From Octopus sinensis (lineage: Eukaryota), in NCBI RefSeq assembly GCF_006345805.1, contig NC_042998.1, positions 58,652,001-58,716,000 of the forward strand: a stretch of DNA of 64,000 nt. Direction: 5' to 3'. The position numbers and the translations under genes are program-made. The notes beneath the pieces are model-generated. The model did no database searches, was not told where the DNA came from, and was given only the letters and a program-made list of their open reading frames with translations. Numbering within the stretch: position 1 is the stretch's first letter; each line of letters begins with the position of its first letter. Of the stretch, positions 11,680 through 26,900 are shown one piece after another.

Positions 11680-12589
11680 AAGCTTCATCTAGAATACAAA
11701 AATCCCAACTATGATAACAGAGAGAAGAAAAGCTGATGGTGATGACTGCGATGGAGATGTCAAAGACGATGGTGAAAATGTCGCTGATTATGATGAATGA
11801 CAATGAAATTGATGAATACATAACAATAATAATGCCTTCATTAAAAGGAGACATTTCAAAGTATATTTACCAATATATTGTCACAGACATACCAGCTTGT
11901 ATTTATTTTGATTTCATCTACATGTACATACAGAGATACATACATGCATATATGTTGATGGATGTGTGCAAGTGTGTTTATGTATATGTGTGTAATGTCC
12001 TAAGCAAGTTGGCACGCATTACTAATCCTATGCAAAGGAAGTGGTTTATTTCCCACAAATACACCAATGCTACTACTACCAATACTACTTAGTAAGAGTA
12101 GCAGTATGACTACTATAAATACTACTATTAGTACAATTATTGTTACTAATCACAACCATTATATGACCAACAGAAACACAAGTTCCACCACCAGATTTTT
12201 GTCTTCAGTTGTGGTCATTTTCATATAGCTAAAATTGGAAAATAAAAAAAAAATAATAATAATAAAAATCAGGAAAAAAAAAGGAAATTTTTTTTTCTTT
12301 ACTAATGTTCAAAAACATGTTGAAATGTTATTAATAAAGTGAATATAATTTTTTTTTCAAATTTTCCACCTAAAATGAACAATACTACTAAGAGATGTTC
12401 AGTGGAAAAATGGTGTGCTAAATCCATTCCGTGAAATCATGTAAATCATGAGAAAGATATGAAGAGACTGTGGATATTGTTTGATATTCAGATAATCCAG
12501 TGAACTGCACAGAGTAACAGGGGTTAAAGATAATATATGTGCAGTGATAATGTACATTATTTGTTACATGGGAAAGAGCTAAAATAATA

Positions 12590-12606
12590 TATTATGTGTG
12601 TGTGTG

Positions 12607-12643
<37 letters not shown>

Positions 12644-13130
12644 AAGCATGTATATATACACACATGCACACATACAGTAAATCATATATATATGAATATG
12701 CATATATACATACATGTGTATGCACATATATATACATGTCTATGTGTATATATATATTTATATATAATGTACATGGATGTAAACATGTGTATGTGTGTAT
12801 ACTATATATATATGTGTGTGTATGTGTGTGTGTGTATGTATGCATTACATATATATATATACATACAAGCACACACACATATAAAAACACAGCTCATTGT
12901 AAATAATTTATATACACATGATAAATGCATATATGATATATCAGTATTAGCTAGAAATATATCAATAATTATGGTTTTTCTTATGAATATATGTGTATTC
13001 ATATATTTGTATGTTCGTTTGTATATCTATCTCTATATATACACACATAAGGCATTGTTTTGTATATATACATATATATATAACAAGCACATACATATCT
13101 GCATATACACACACACACACACACACATTT
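12590..13130. repeat. Compound (TG)n/(TA)n/(CA)n microsatellite
   Basis: Direct reading. Confidence 0.9.
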
Positions 13131-14609
13131 TGCATATTGCATGAAACAAGAGAAAAATGAAAGCTAAAGGAAATAAAAATAGAACAAAATTGACAGCTGT
13201 TTGCAAAAACAAAAATCATGTAAATGTACTTACCTTTTAACTATTTTTAAAAGTAATCCATTACTATCAATATTGATCTTTTCAAATCACCCGTATAGAA
13301 CCAAGTGAAATGATTTTTATTTTGTTTTATTCTATCTATTTTTTTTTTTTCTGATTGCAACAAAGCTCATTGAAACCACCATACTCAGCCACACACACCA
13401 TAACAGCTACACAGCAATATATATAAATAAACCCCCAAATATATATATTGAAATTATCTAAATTTTTAAGAATATATAGAAACTAAATTTCTTGGATTTT
13501 ATTGATAAAATCAATAAATTTATTTGTGTTAATATCAAGAAATTAAATCAAACCGAATTAAATTATTAACGATGTATGTGAAAGTGTCTGCTAACTAACT
13601 GGTGTTTACTGACAAATAATAGAATGCTGGCTCTTCTGGAGTATCTAAATAAGTATGGCATGTAGCTAGAAAAATATTCATCTGTTGTATTTCTAGCATT
13701 ATACATGTATGTCTTCATAAAGGTATTCCCAGGGTCCATCATCAATATTTACAGAGTGCTCAATTTAAATGGTGATGATAATGATCATGATGATATATAA
13801 TGATAAAAATAAAGGGTTCTCATATTGAATCAAGGCCACATATTTGTAGCAGAAGGGGTATAGGAAATTGAATGATTTGATCTCCCACTACCACTCCAGT
13901 TCATGTTTCATATATATTTTTAATCAAATGTCAAAGAATTACAAAGTCATCCTCAAAAGGATTTGAACTCAGAAAATAAGGACAAAATTAAATACTTTAA
14001 GGCATTTAGTCTGGTGCTTTACCATTTCTGCTACTGCCATGATCATTTAAACTTAAGAGAAATAATATAAATAATTATGAAAGTTATAAAAACTATTTTT
14101 TACTTTTAACTATTTTTGCTTTGCATATTTCTTTCATATCAATAATATCTTTAATAAAGATAAAAATTTATAGTTTAAATTAGGTACATGACCAGTTATG
14201 GCAGGTTTGGAGTACGGTAGGTTAAATCAAATCTAGTACATTATAAATGGTTATTTTATCAGCCCTTGACAGATGAAATGTAGAAGTCACTCTGGGAGGA
14301 TTTGAACTCTGAACAAATTAATGACAAAATAATACCATTAAGTCAAAGAAGAGAATGACAATAGATTACATTTGGTCTTGTGCTTCACTGCTTCCACCAT
14401 TCCTATAATTATGTTAGTAATAGCAACAATGATAATGCTAATAAATTAAATGGAGGTAGACATAAACTGTCACCCAGTTTAACACCATCACATGGTTCTA
14501 GGGTTCAATCTCGTTGTACAGCACCTTGAGCAAGTATTTGCTATAGAAGATCCAAGTTGATTAATACCTTGTAAATGGAAATTTGATTGCTGGAAAGTTT
14601 GCTGGAGCT

Positions 14610-14657
<48 letters not shown>

Positions 14658-17228
14658 ATGTGTGTGTGTGTGTGCTTATGTTTTGCAACCTAGTGACTGC
14701 ACAAATAGAAATTGATAAGATAAATGCCAGACTGAAATAATGTACCAGATTTGATACACACTCTTGTAGGTAGTCCCCCAACATAGCCACAGTCCAATGA
14801 ACAAAACCATTAAAAAATTAATGGCATAAAAAGAATATTGCAAAACTTTTATTTCTAAAGATTCGGTTTATATTCTTATCTAATTAACAACTTTTAATAA
14901 ATGATAATTTTAACTGCTTGTGATATAGTTTATATCCCTTAAAATGTGAAATACATTTTATTTTGGCAATATCATATATAGTTGGAATGAACCCATTAGA
15001 ATAAGAGGTAAGATCTCAATGTGTGACATCATTTCAATTTCCATTTGAAACTAATTCACCTCATTGGCACTGCTTATGTCCTAAAAATGCCCTTGCCTTC
15101 ACATCAAACTACCCTGCTCCTTGTTCTCTCCACCCCACCCTCCATCCTTGAGGCCTTGAGTTTGTTTACAATGTCAATATTGAATCTAGTTGAAATTAAC
15201 CATCACGTTTGCTGCCTGCTTTATATCAAAATCTTTCCCTTGGATTTCATCCCCCCTGCACTTTTTTTCTGCAGCTGTCAACTTGGAACTGTCCAAAAAG
15301 AATGTTATTGGCTTGATGTCATTGGTTGTGGAGGTCTGCAATGACTATGGGAAAAGTTCCTTCCTTCAGACCAAAACTAATAAGAAACACAAAAAAAAAA
15401 AAATTATACAAACAAAGGGTTTACAAAATAAGACGAACCTGAATAAATATAACTCTGCACTTTGAATAGTTGTAAAATAATGTTTCAAGAAATATAGGCG
15501 AGCTTCCATCCTTGAGATATGTGCTACATTCTTTTCACTGCTAAGTGGATAGTGTTAAGAATGGGATCAAGCTGTAGCAAGTCATTTCAATAGAGTGAAA
15601 ATCTTAAAAACCTTTCAAAATCTATTCCAACCATAACATGGAAAAATGTAAAGAAAATAAATAAGGGTTTCATTTAATTTGATGAGGTATCTAAGAAACT
15701 TTTTGATATAAATGTCCCTTTTCAGATAGAGATTTTATTGAAAGTAAATTGATAGACGTCTTTCATGCTAATTAACCAGTAGTGGCATATGTAGATTCTG
15801 CTCTTATGTAAAAGACATCAAGAGAACTGTGACAGGTTGTCATGGCACCTCTTTAATAATAAAGTTCCTGCTTCTTTGACTGGTTAATGTTAAAGATAGA
15901 ACTTTTTAGCCTAATTATGCTAGTCTTTGTATATAATATCAGATGCTTCCCAACAGATGAAAGATGGAGCTATTAATTGCATTAGCATAAATTGTCTCTT
16001 CTAAGAGTTGGAAGCTAATAACTGATTTACTTATACATAGGCAAAAAAACTGATTCCAGAGTTAGGTAGCATGCACATTGTTTTAGAGACCTTCTTTGAA
16101 TGTATCTTCAGTAACTAGTTTCAATGGCATTTAATATAAATAATTCACTGACTGAATTGGTATGTGAAATACAATCAATATTTTGCATGTGTCCTTCAAG
16201 TTGTTATTTGCTTTATCTGCAAATAGTTCCTTTCTGAACATAATTTCTGCTGTAAATGTCATATATCAACTAAGATTGTTTGTTGTATCTGTAGCAAGTG
16301 AAGCTCTCAGCTTACACAGTTTCAACTCCATCATCTTGAGACACATTCTTATATTAATTTCATGTAGTTTAAAACTTGCAGAGATTTTGGGCCACCTAGG
16401 CTTCAGGCTTTAGGTTACCAATTCTTTTATTTCTATTTTACTGCTTTCGATCATTGGACTGCAGCCATGCAGTAGTGGCACCACATTAAAGGGTTTTAAT
16501 AATTTATATCACTCCTAATTTGTTGTATTTCACTGTTTCCATAAAATAGAAATGACTAAATGGGCAGTGACAAAGGGAGATAATTAGGTGATATTTAAAA
16601 TTATCCTGGAATTTGATAGCTTATAAGTATCCATCTAATTCATTATGATCTAGGGCAGTTTTCAAGATCCCATTCAGATGGAGCCATTATATTTATTTGC
16701 TATAGTTTTACAGAATATGTACTATTAAAAGTATCTCAAGCTACCAATGGAATATATATATATGAACAAAAGCTAATGAATTTAGCTCTATTTCTCATTA
16801 TTGTGATAGAGAGCTACATCATGCTTGCAATGAAGGCTGTGAAGGCACAAGAAGTAAAACTGTTTAGATTGCCAAACCAAAAAGTTATATACCATTGTGA
16901 GAAAGTATAAATATTAAAAATAACTCTTATTTGCACTTCTAATCATAATCATATAAAAAAAAAATTGAAAGTAAATAAAATGAAACAGAATATTAACTTA
17001 TAAGTTTGGCTTTTGCTTTAAAATAATTAGTAATGAAGTCACTAACATACTTCACACTATGAGCCACAAAATTTAAATTAAAATAACATCTATATTGAAA
17101 GGAACAAAAATCATCAACACGATCAACTCTGATAAAGATAGAAAAGGAAGACAACCACTGGAATTTAAATTAATTAAAAATACAATGCAGTGGGAAGCGT
17201 GTCTGATCTTTTGACAGTATGGTGACAA

Positions 17229-17269
17229 CTCCGGACATGTTTCAGTCATATTAGGCCTCATTAGTGAAG
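17229..17269 (-). ncRNA. Degenerate minimal HHR (GUC triplet, palindromic CAUG loop)
   Basis: Minus strand CTTCA CTAATGA GGCC TAATAT GACT GAA A CATG T C CGGAG; G5>A and stem mismatches. Confidence 0.45.
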
Positions 17270-18324
17270 CGTAGTCTAATCATTTGAAAATAATTGAACG
17301 TATGTTTGTGTGAGTAAAATTAAAAAAAGGATGTCTATGTAAACTAAAGAACAATGCTTAGTCTAGATGCAAAACATTCACACTGAATCCTTATGACACA
17401 ACAAATAAATTTGACTTTTTAAAGTATTTTGAATCTCCAATTATTTAAATAAGAATAGGAACACACACAAATACCTAAAGACACAAATAGGTTTTCATAT
17501 ACATAAACATACTCTCTCTTCTTTTTTCCTCACTCTTAAACTCAATCTTTCATAAATATGAGAAGAAAAGACATAAAAGAGGGAAAGGATTTTTTTTAAT
17601 GGATATTATGGTTAGAGGTCAGCTCCTAGCAAGTTGAGTCGACAAATTCAGTTTCAGTTCCTGATAGAAGCCATTCCTATTTCATTTATGCTGCATTTAT
17701 GATCATAACATACCCTCATCGTATCCTACACATTTTGTGGTCTTCAACTTACATAAGCCAAAAGCTACAAAGAAAATAAAAGTGAATGATTTAGAAAATT
17801 TTACAATATCTGGTATGTATTAGAAATATTTAATGAGATGGTGAAAGGGAAGATCAAATAAACATATACAACAAAAACTAACAAAATCTAAAAAAAATGT
17901 GAAAAAATTAAACAAAATAAAAAAGAAAAATGCATAAAAAAAAGAATTAAAGAATTTTGGTAAAAAACAAGAAATATAAAAAACAATTCAGTCCCTTGAA
18001 AAGCAGCCTTATTTTCAAGTACATCCAAACAAGAAATAAATTTTGTGGCATAAATAACAGACAATTTTTTTCATCACATAAAAATAAAAAATTAAATTTA
18101 AAAAAAAAATCAAAAAAATATTGAATATTTTTTTTATCTCTAAATAAACTTTTTTTGAGAAGAAAAAAACTTTTAAAAATCATCAAAATTTGGAAGTAAT
18201 ATTATTATTCAACTATTTATAATGTTTCATCTTATTTCTATCAAAATGTTTGCAGTCAGAAAAGCGAACCTGAGATTTTGTCAAATCAATCGTTTCATAA
18301 AACAATTTTTTATCTGCCTTTTGT

Positions 18325-18678
18325 ATGATGATGATGATGACGATGATGAAGATGACTATGTTGTTGTTGATGATGTTGTTGTTGTTGTTGTTGTTGTTAC
18401 TCTTGTTAATATATTGACAATATGTACAAAGTATTATAGGGAACACAAGACTGAAAATTAATATATATATTCATATATATATATATATATGTATGTGTAA
18501 TATATGTGTGTGTATGTATACATTTGTGTGTGTGTGTGTATCTAATTTAGCAATGATGTGTAAACACAAGATCTATTTTCTCCATTTTTTGAGATGATAT
18601 TTATATGCATGCACACATTGGTGTGTATGACTGATGAAGAGTATGTATATAAGTGTACAGCTATGCACACACACACAC

Positions 18679-18729
<51 letters not shown>

Positions 18730-18913
18730 ATATGCACACATACATACACATCTGTGTACTTGCTTTCACATATATATAAATACATATATGTATGTATGTA
18801 TATATTATTATATACACACAGATGTGCATTCACCCATACATGCACACTCATATATATAATGTATGCAACTGGAAAATAATTGTTATCATATGGTCATAAT
18901 ATTATTTATATAC

Positions 18914-18975
<62 letters not shown>

Positions 18976-19380
18976 GATGCCACACATTCAATTTGTTTAA
19001 GAATTACATTTAATAAATTCTGTATGCATATTCTAAATGTGCAGACTACACCAGAAATATTTTCTCTTAAATTATTAATACAAAATGATTACAATAAAAA
19101 TACTTGACAATTTACTTCCTTTTTTTAAAGGTTCACTCACTTATATGCAATCTGGATGAAGGTGAGAAATTTATAAGAATAGTAGACAAAAATGCCACGC
19201 ATCATTTAATTTTATCCCATCTACATTCTGAGTTCAACTCCTACTCATAAAAGTCTTATCTTTTGTCCCTCTAAGGTCAATATAGAAACAGTAGATGATG
19301 TAATCAACTGATCCTTTCTTATAATTTCTGGAAACCTAACCTATATATATATATACATATTTATATATATATATATATAT

Positions 19381-19452
<72 letters not shown>

Positions 19453-19465
19453 GTGTGTGTGTGTG
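18325..19465. repeat. (GAT)n/(GTT)n and (TA)n/(TG)n microsatellite cluster
   Basis: Direct reading. Confidence 0.85.
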
Positions 19466-19769
19466 AGGCGCAATGGCCCAGTGGTTAGGGCAGCGGACTC
19501 GCGGTCGTAGGATCGTGGTTTCCATTCCCAGACCGAGTGTTGTGAGTGTTTATAGAGTGAAAATACCTAAAGCTCCACGAGGCTCCAGCAGGGGGTGGTC
19601 ACGATCCCTGTTGTACTCTTTCACCACAACTTTCTCTCACTCTTTCTTCTTTTGGCCTGCTCGCTTAGCCAGCAGGGTGGCGTCATGTGAAGGTTAAAAC
19701 AATGCGAAGCACATTGTGACCAGCGATGTGTAGCAACATCTGATAGCCTGGTCGGTCACAGTGATCACA

Positions 19770-19773
<4 letters not shown>
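19465..19773 (+). mobile_element. tRNA-derived SINE (head related to the 2495 copy, different body)
   Basis: tggcccagtggttagggcagcggactcgcggtcg head; ends in a (cacagtgat) repeat before (TA)n. Confidence 0.8.
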
Positions 19774-19804
<31 letters not shown>

Positions 19805-21374
19805 CATGGTGCATGGCATTGTAGTTAGATGCCGGATTCACAGAGCTGAAAATGAGTACAAACAGCATTATCTGGGTGTTAACCTGTATTGAACTGGGTC
19901 ATGTGCAAGAGAATCATGTAATCTCAGTTACCAAAACACTTTGAAAATCTGGATAAGCACTGATTTTATGAGTCTGTAGGGCAAAGCAGTATATATATAT
20001 ATTAGCTTAAAGGCCACACTCCATGTGGACTTTTAAGCTAACTCCTGCGGAGGGCTAATTGAGCCTGCAGTCCAAAATTAAAGAAAGCTAAATAGTATGA
20101 CTATAATACATCCATAATGACTATATACCCCGGTGGTGTTTAATCAGAGATTAAGGATGGATGAGAATTAATTCTGTAAGGCAATCATTCTATTGCTCCA
20201 GTTCCAAGTTGAATTCCAGCTGTTGGCCAATTTGTCCCAAAGTTCTTATCTTGATGCAAAATTAATGGAGCAAATGTCATTATCTCCCCCCTTGATCTCT
20301 GATGTCACCTAACACCAACTAAGATGGCATGAATCAGCCAAGCTTTATCTGCTAGAAATAGCAACCCAAAAGCTTTTAAATCAGATTTCAATGCTGGATG
20401 TTGAAGAACCAAATGAAGGGGAGATTTTTAATCCTAGGATTATCCTGATTCCAAAAAGGTATATAATATGTCTATGTAGAGCAAATGTAGACTGGGATAT
20501 AGGGGTCCCAAACAAACAGATTTTTGTTTTTACTTATATAGATATATATACATATATAACCCATGCTAGCATGGAAAACGGATGTTAAACAATGATGATG
20601 ATGATGAGATAGATAGATAGATAGATAAAACTTACTTGGAAATGGATGCGTGGTGTTCGATCATATAATATAAATAATATTTATATATATGCATATATAA
20701 ATACATATATGTACATACCTACATATATATGTATATATACATGCATATTTAGGTACAGGAAGTCAAAAAGACGTGAACAAAATGAAAAACGAGAACATAA
20801 AAAAACAAAGACATGCAAAACGAACTTTTTTTCCCGGACAGCAAAAGAAACAAATAGAGAAATGAGACAGGCAACATAAAGAACAATCCCTTCATCAGTT
20901 GTCCCATTTTATCTACTCCATGTTTAGAAGGTAGGGACAAGATGCAACTTTGTTAAAACAGTCCTTCTCGCACAGCAAATTAAATAAAATTTGGGATTTT
21001 TGTGAAGGGTTAAAGTGTTAACAAAAAACAGGTCAGTAAGAACAAAACAATAAAAACAAACATTGAGGGCTGTTAAACCATAATGAGGTGAAGTGGTGAA
21101 TGCTGGAGAAAGGATCTATGACAAGAGACAGGCAAAAGTATGTCTTACCTCTTGTGAAGTGAGAAGAAAAGTAACATCATCACTAAACGCCACACTTTTT
21201 CTACAAGCAATGGCAGATATACACAAACACACACACATTTCTCTTTCAGTTTCAAACCACTAAATTCATTGTTAAGGCTTTTCTCAGCCTGAAGCTATAG
21301 TAAGAGACACTTGTAGTGCAGTGTAGTGGAACTGAACATAAAATCATGTGGCTGGGAAAGGCTTCTTTAAGTCT

Positions 21375-21870
21375 TGTTGACAACCTTTAATAACCTTTCT
21401 ACTTCCCTGGGCATGGATACATTGAAACTCCGACATCTGGCAGCTGACTTGGCAGACACCCATAAAAATTATTATCCATCTTACAATAACTCTAACAATA
21501 ACTCTGAGCACCTTTTCAAACTCCACCTGTCTAACACCTGTGGACATGTTTACAAAGTCAGAAAACAGCACAGCTCCCACGACTTTCGGAAACATTTTTT
21601 CACACTAAGAGTTGCTGAAGCATGGAACAAACTGCCAGTATCAGTTGTTAGTTATCAGAGCACTGCATCCTTCAAAACTTCCATGCTTCCTGAGATTCAC
21701 CAACACTACACCTGATTTTCTCCCCTCCATACACATGCAAGCATGTATCTGACTCATACACTGTTCACTTTCCAGAGATTTGTACATTACTGCACATGCT
21801 TTATATGCACTTTTGACAAGTTGTGGTGCACCTGAGCACTGTATACAATAATTTCATTATCATTATTATT
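21375..21870 (+). mobile_element. CR1/Jockey-group LINE 3' fragment
   Basis: LKLRHLAADLADTHK...GHVYKVRKQH...RKHFFTLRVAEAWNKLP, (att)n tail. Confidence 0.8.
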
Positions 21871-22717
21871 CTTAAATGTTGTCCTACTGAAACCCCTGAT
21901 CATAGACGTGGTTGAATCTACTTTAATGGACAGAGGATTTTTTTAGGCATCTTATCATGACACCATTATGAAACCTGATAACCTTCATAGAGATGGCATC
22001 TTGATAAATAAATTTAAAAAAAAAGCAGTCACTGTTTGTATATGAGTACATTATGTCAGACTTAATAACTGCATGAAGATGGGAGCTTCAAGTAAAGATT
22101 TTTCATTCAGTAGGTGTTCTGTAGCACAGTAGCGCAGAGCTAGTCATTGTGTAACTTCAGAGCAAAAAGTGCAAAAAAGAAAAAGGAAATCAACAAGATA
22201 GCAATGGAATGTTATTTAAGAAAAGAACCAAGGAATGAAGGATTCTGGATAAGAATGTTGAACATTTGAAATGATGTTGGAGTGATTAAACTAATGAACA
22301 TCAGCTAGCAAGCCAAGTATAGGAATGGAAAATATCTCACTGACTTGGAAACTGAAGAAATACATAGAAAGATAGATCAAGAAGTACAAGAACCAACATA
22401 CCAAAGCCAAATGCATAACAATAACTCTGATGAGTATCAGAAATATGCAACCAACATAGCTAAGTAGGAAACACAATTTTGGCATTTAAAACAATGGCGA
22501 ATAGAAACATGTAAGAAGAAAAAGAAATTGATGTGGAAAGCCTTAACAATGAGCCAGTAGAGATCTTGGAAAACTCAGTTGTGTAAGAAATGAGAGAACC
22601 TAGAATGAGTTAATTTGAAGACGTTTGATTAAACCAAGGTTAAAAAAAGAACAGGTTTAGTACTATTGATAAGGTAAAAACTGTAAAAAACTTAAAATTG
22701 TTTAGCACCTACTAAGG

Positions 22718-23012
22718 AGACCACCTTCAGTCTTGAATGACCATGGGATTGCACCTAAAAAGTTACCCTCCGAGGCATAAGTTCGAGCAAGGTTGTTTAT
22801 GGATTGGCCAGCAGTTGCCCATGCATACCAGTCTTCCCTCTCTACACCACTGATGTTATCCAAGGGAAAGGCAAAGGCCGATACAACTTGGTACCAGTAA
22901 TGTTGTAACTCATTTCTACAGCTGAGGCACACAACACGCAGCCCGGTCCAGGAATTGAACTCACCACATCACGATCATAAGCTTGATGCTCTAACCACTG
23001 GGCCATGCACCT
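22718..23012 (-). mobile_element. tRNA-derived SINE family C
   Basis: Reverse complement of the copies at 43716 and 61875. Confidence 0.8.
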
Positions 23013-23922
23013 ACTAATACAATAATATTAGGTGCTAATACTGTTGTAGAAACTTGGGAAAAAAGAGAGGATAAAAGAAGGACCAGCTGATATCTTGGTG
23101 GAAAAGGTAGATATTAATAAAAAAGAATAGCAATCTTAGGAAAGGTATATGAGCTGGGCCATCAATGGAAGCAAGGTAAATTGAAGAAAGAAGAAAAGAA
23201 GAGTAGATTAGTTGATGTAGATTAAGGAGAAGAGGAATTAGAGCAAAAATTGAAGACCTAAGCAGAGAATAAAGATGAAAGCTGTCAAAAATTAGAAAAT
23301 ACAAAGAAAGACACAACCAATATAAACAAAATTGCCCTTGATATTCTTGAAGGAAATGAAATAAATGAAAACGTAATTGTGAATTCTAAAAAAAAGGGTA
23401 TTTTGAGGAGTAATACTAAGTGTGGTAGTAATATACAGTGAATATATCAAGACGATAAATTACACTGAAAATGTTGAAGCACAGAAAGAGAGTACCATCA
23501 TGAAAGGAGATAGTCAAAAGCAACTAATAAAGGTAAGAAAATGGGAAGCTGATGGAGAAGATCTTCTCCATGGTTACTGGTTTAACATGCTTACATGTCT
23601 CTATATAATCAAAGTGATAGAACTAAATGAGAGCATGTCAAAGGAAGATATACTGCTGTGGTTAAAGTATTTTCTTGAAATTGAAAGAAAAACTAAAAGG
23701 AACTGCTGCCTCAAATAACTGACCATTAATATGTGAAATCACCTAACAAGGATTATTACAGCAGAGGTTTAGCAACACCTACATGAGAAGCACTTTAGGC
23801 CTCATAAAGTGAAAGGCCATTGAAAAAGAAAAAGCAAAGAAATGAAAGAACAAACAATTGATAGGCTGGTATTGAGGAACTGCAGAAAGAGACTGACATT
23901 TACCTACTGAATGCATCAATTT

Positions 23923-26900
23923 CTCATCATCGTCATCATCATCGTTTAACGTCTGCTTTCCATGATAGCATGGGCTGGACGATTTGATTGAGGACTGGTG
24001 AACCAGATGACTGCACCAGGCTCCAATCTTGATCTGGCAGAGTTTCTACAACTGAATGCCCTTCCTAAAGCCAACCACCCCGAGAGTGTAGTGGGTGCTT
24101 TTATGTGCCACCAGCATGGGGGCCAGTCCAGTGGCACTGGCAACAACCTCGCTCAAATGTTTTTTCACGTACCACCGGCACAAGTGCCAGTATGGCGATG
24201 CTGGTAACGATCATGCTCGAATGGTGCTTTTTACATGCCACTGGCATGGAAACCAGTTTGCTGCTCTAGCCCCGATCACGCTCGGATGGTGCTCTTGGCA
24301 CCCCACTAGCACGGATGCCCGTCATCGAATTTGATTTTGATTTCACTTGCCTCAACAGGCCTTCGCAAGCAGAGTTTAGTGTCCAATGAAGGAAAGGTAT
24401 GCATAAGTGGGCTGGTTACACTCCTGGCATAGGCCACAGGTTATGGTCTCATTTGACTTGCTGGATCTTCTCAAGCACAGTATATTTCCTAAAGTCTCAG
24501 TCATTAGTCATTGCTTCGGTGACACCTAATGTGTGAAGATCGTACTTCACCACCTCATCTCAGATCTTACTGGGTCTACCTCTTCCACAAGTTCCCTCAA
24601 GTGCTAGGGTGTGGCACTTTTTCACACAGCTATCTTCATCCATTCTCACCACATGACCATACCAGTGCAGTCGTCTCTCTTGCACACCACATCTGATGCT
24701 TCTTAGGGCCAACTTTTCTCTCAAGGTACTTACACTCTGTCAAGTATGCACACTGACATTACACATCCATCAGATCATACTGGCTTCATTCCTTGTGAGC
24801 TTATGCATGTTCTCAGCAGTCATGGCCTATGTTTCACTGCCATGTAGCATGGCTGTTTGTACACATGTGTCATACAGTCTACTTTTTACTCAGAGCAAGA
24901 GGCTCTTTGTCACCAGCAGAGGCAAGAGCTCTATGAACTTTACCCAGGCTATTCTTATTCTCGCAGCTACTCTTTCAGCACAACCTCCCCTGCTACTGAC
25001 TAGGTCACCTAGGTAACGTAAGCTATCAACTACTTCTAGTTTTTCTCCCTGGAGTGTGGCAGAAGTTGTTCTCTGCACATTTTCAGTGTTTATTGCTCCT
25101 GAGCATCTGCCATGTACAAAATCTATTTTCCTTTGATATTGCTGCACATCTTATGTGTCCATAGCTTCATCTTATAAAGTTTCTACATATGCTTTTACTA
25201 CAGATTGAGCAGGGCCATCTACCTGAAGGGATTTGTGGTTTGCCTGCCTTCCTACTTATTAGGACTTTGGTTTTAGCTTGGTTGACTCTAAGGCCCTTTG
25301 ATTCTAATCCTTGTTTCCACACCTCAAATTTCTCCTTGAGTTCTGATAGTGACTCAGCAATTAGAGCAAGGTCGTCAGCATAGAGGAGCTCCTAGGGGCA
25401 TCTTGTCTTGAATTCTTCTATTATTGTCTAGGGAACTATGATAAATAGGAGGGAGCTAAGGACTGAACCTTGGTGGACCTCTACCTCCACCCGGAATTCT
25501 TCACTGTACTTGTTGCCAACCCTCACCTTACTGACAGCATCCCTGTACATGGCTTGCACAGCTCTCACTAACCATTCATCTATCCTATTTTCCTAATTGA
25601 CCACCAGATAAGGAATCATGCAACCCTGTCAAAGGCTTTCTCCATGTCAACAAAAACCAGGAACAGAGGTTTATCTTTAGCCAGGTATTTCTCCTGCAGC
25701 CCTCTTACCAGAAATATAGCATCAGTGGTACTTTTCCCTGGTACGAACCCAAATGGCATTTCATCTAAACTGACTCTCTCCTTAATTAATTGGGCTATGA
25801 CCCTCTCTGTGACCTTCATTACCTGATCTAACAACTTGATACCTCTGTAATTATTTGTATCTAACGCGTCACCTTTTTCTTTGTAGCAATTGACTATGGT
25901 GCTACTACACCAGTCATTGGGTATGACTCCTTCATGTATCACCTACCAGATATTTTGAGCATCTCTGCAGTGATTCCTGATGGGCCAGGGGCTTTCCCTG
26001 TCTTCATACTCTTAATTGCTTTATCTACCAAGGTACTGTCAACTCGGATAGCTGGTCCCTCTGTTGGGTCAACATTCGGCAGACTCTCTTTCTCCCATTC
26101 ATTTTCTTTATCCAGCAACCTTTCATAGTGGCGTCTCCAAACCTCTCTTTTTGCAGCCTCATTTAGTGCAAGTGAACCATTATCCATGGGAACACATTTC
26201 TCTCCTACAACATTACGATTCTCTCTCATACACTGTCTTGCAACACGAAATACCTTAAGTCTTTGGTCCTCACAGCACAGAACATTGGCAAATTTTTCCT
26301 TATCTGCTTCCCCTCTGGCTAAATAAACTTGCCTCCTAGCTTCCCTTCTGGCAGTCTGATACAATTCCCTGCTACCACCATTCTTCCTGTCCTTCCAAGC
26401 CTATTTTTTTTCTCTAATAGTCCTATCAACAACATTGCTCCACTGCCACATTATTTTGAGTCGAGAGGGGACTTTGCACCATCTACAGATCTGGTCAGTG
26501 GCCCTCAGCAGGTTGTCCCATAGAAACCTCCAGTTGTCTTCTACATCATGTGAAGCTATATCCCCTTCTATTTTGTCAAAGGCTTTGAGTAATATGTCTC
26601 TAAATCTCTGTCCATTTGCAGGATCTTTAAGCTTCCAGACCCTTTTCCTCCATGTTGGTCGTCTTCTGGGCATCCATTTAGTCCTGATTCTGAAGACACT
26701 AACTACCAGTCTATGTTGTGGGGTACATTCTTTGCCTGGAAAGGTTTTTGGCATTTATAAGCAGCCATCTTTCCCTTTTTCTGGTGAGGATGTAGTCAAT
26801 ATGACTAGTGTGTCTGCCAGACTAGGTGACTGGCAGGTTTTCTGAAGTTAGTATTGCAAACCATAAGATCATTTGCATCGCAGAATTCCAGCAGCTTGGT

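Noticed and set aside
12579-13219. Long ORFs rich in Y/I/C/V/H/T (also 18542-18879, 27799-28234, 36485-36841)
   Set aside because: Translations of TA/TG/CA microsatellites, not genes
17880-18460. Possible 3'UTR of a minus-strand gene
   Set aside because: Only low-complexity composition; no coding exons found to support it
20865-20945. Minus-strand CTGATGA after a ttgtccc/gggacaa stem (related CTGAGGA at ~46160)
   Set aside because: No GAAA in the correct position after stem II; cannot be folded as an HHR from these copies, though possibly decayed pLTR sequence
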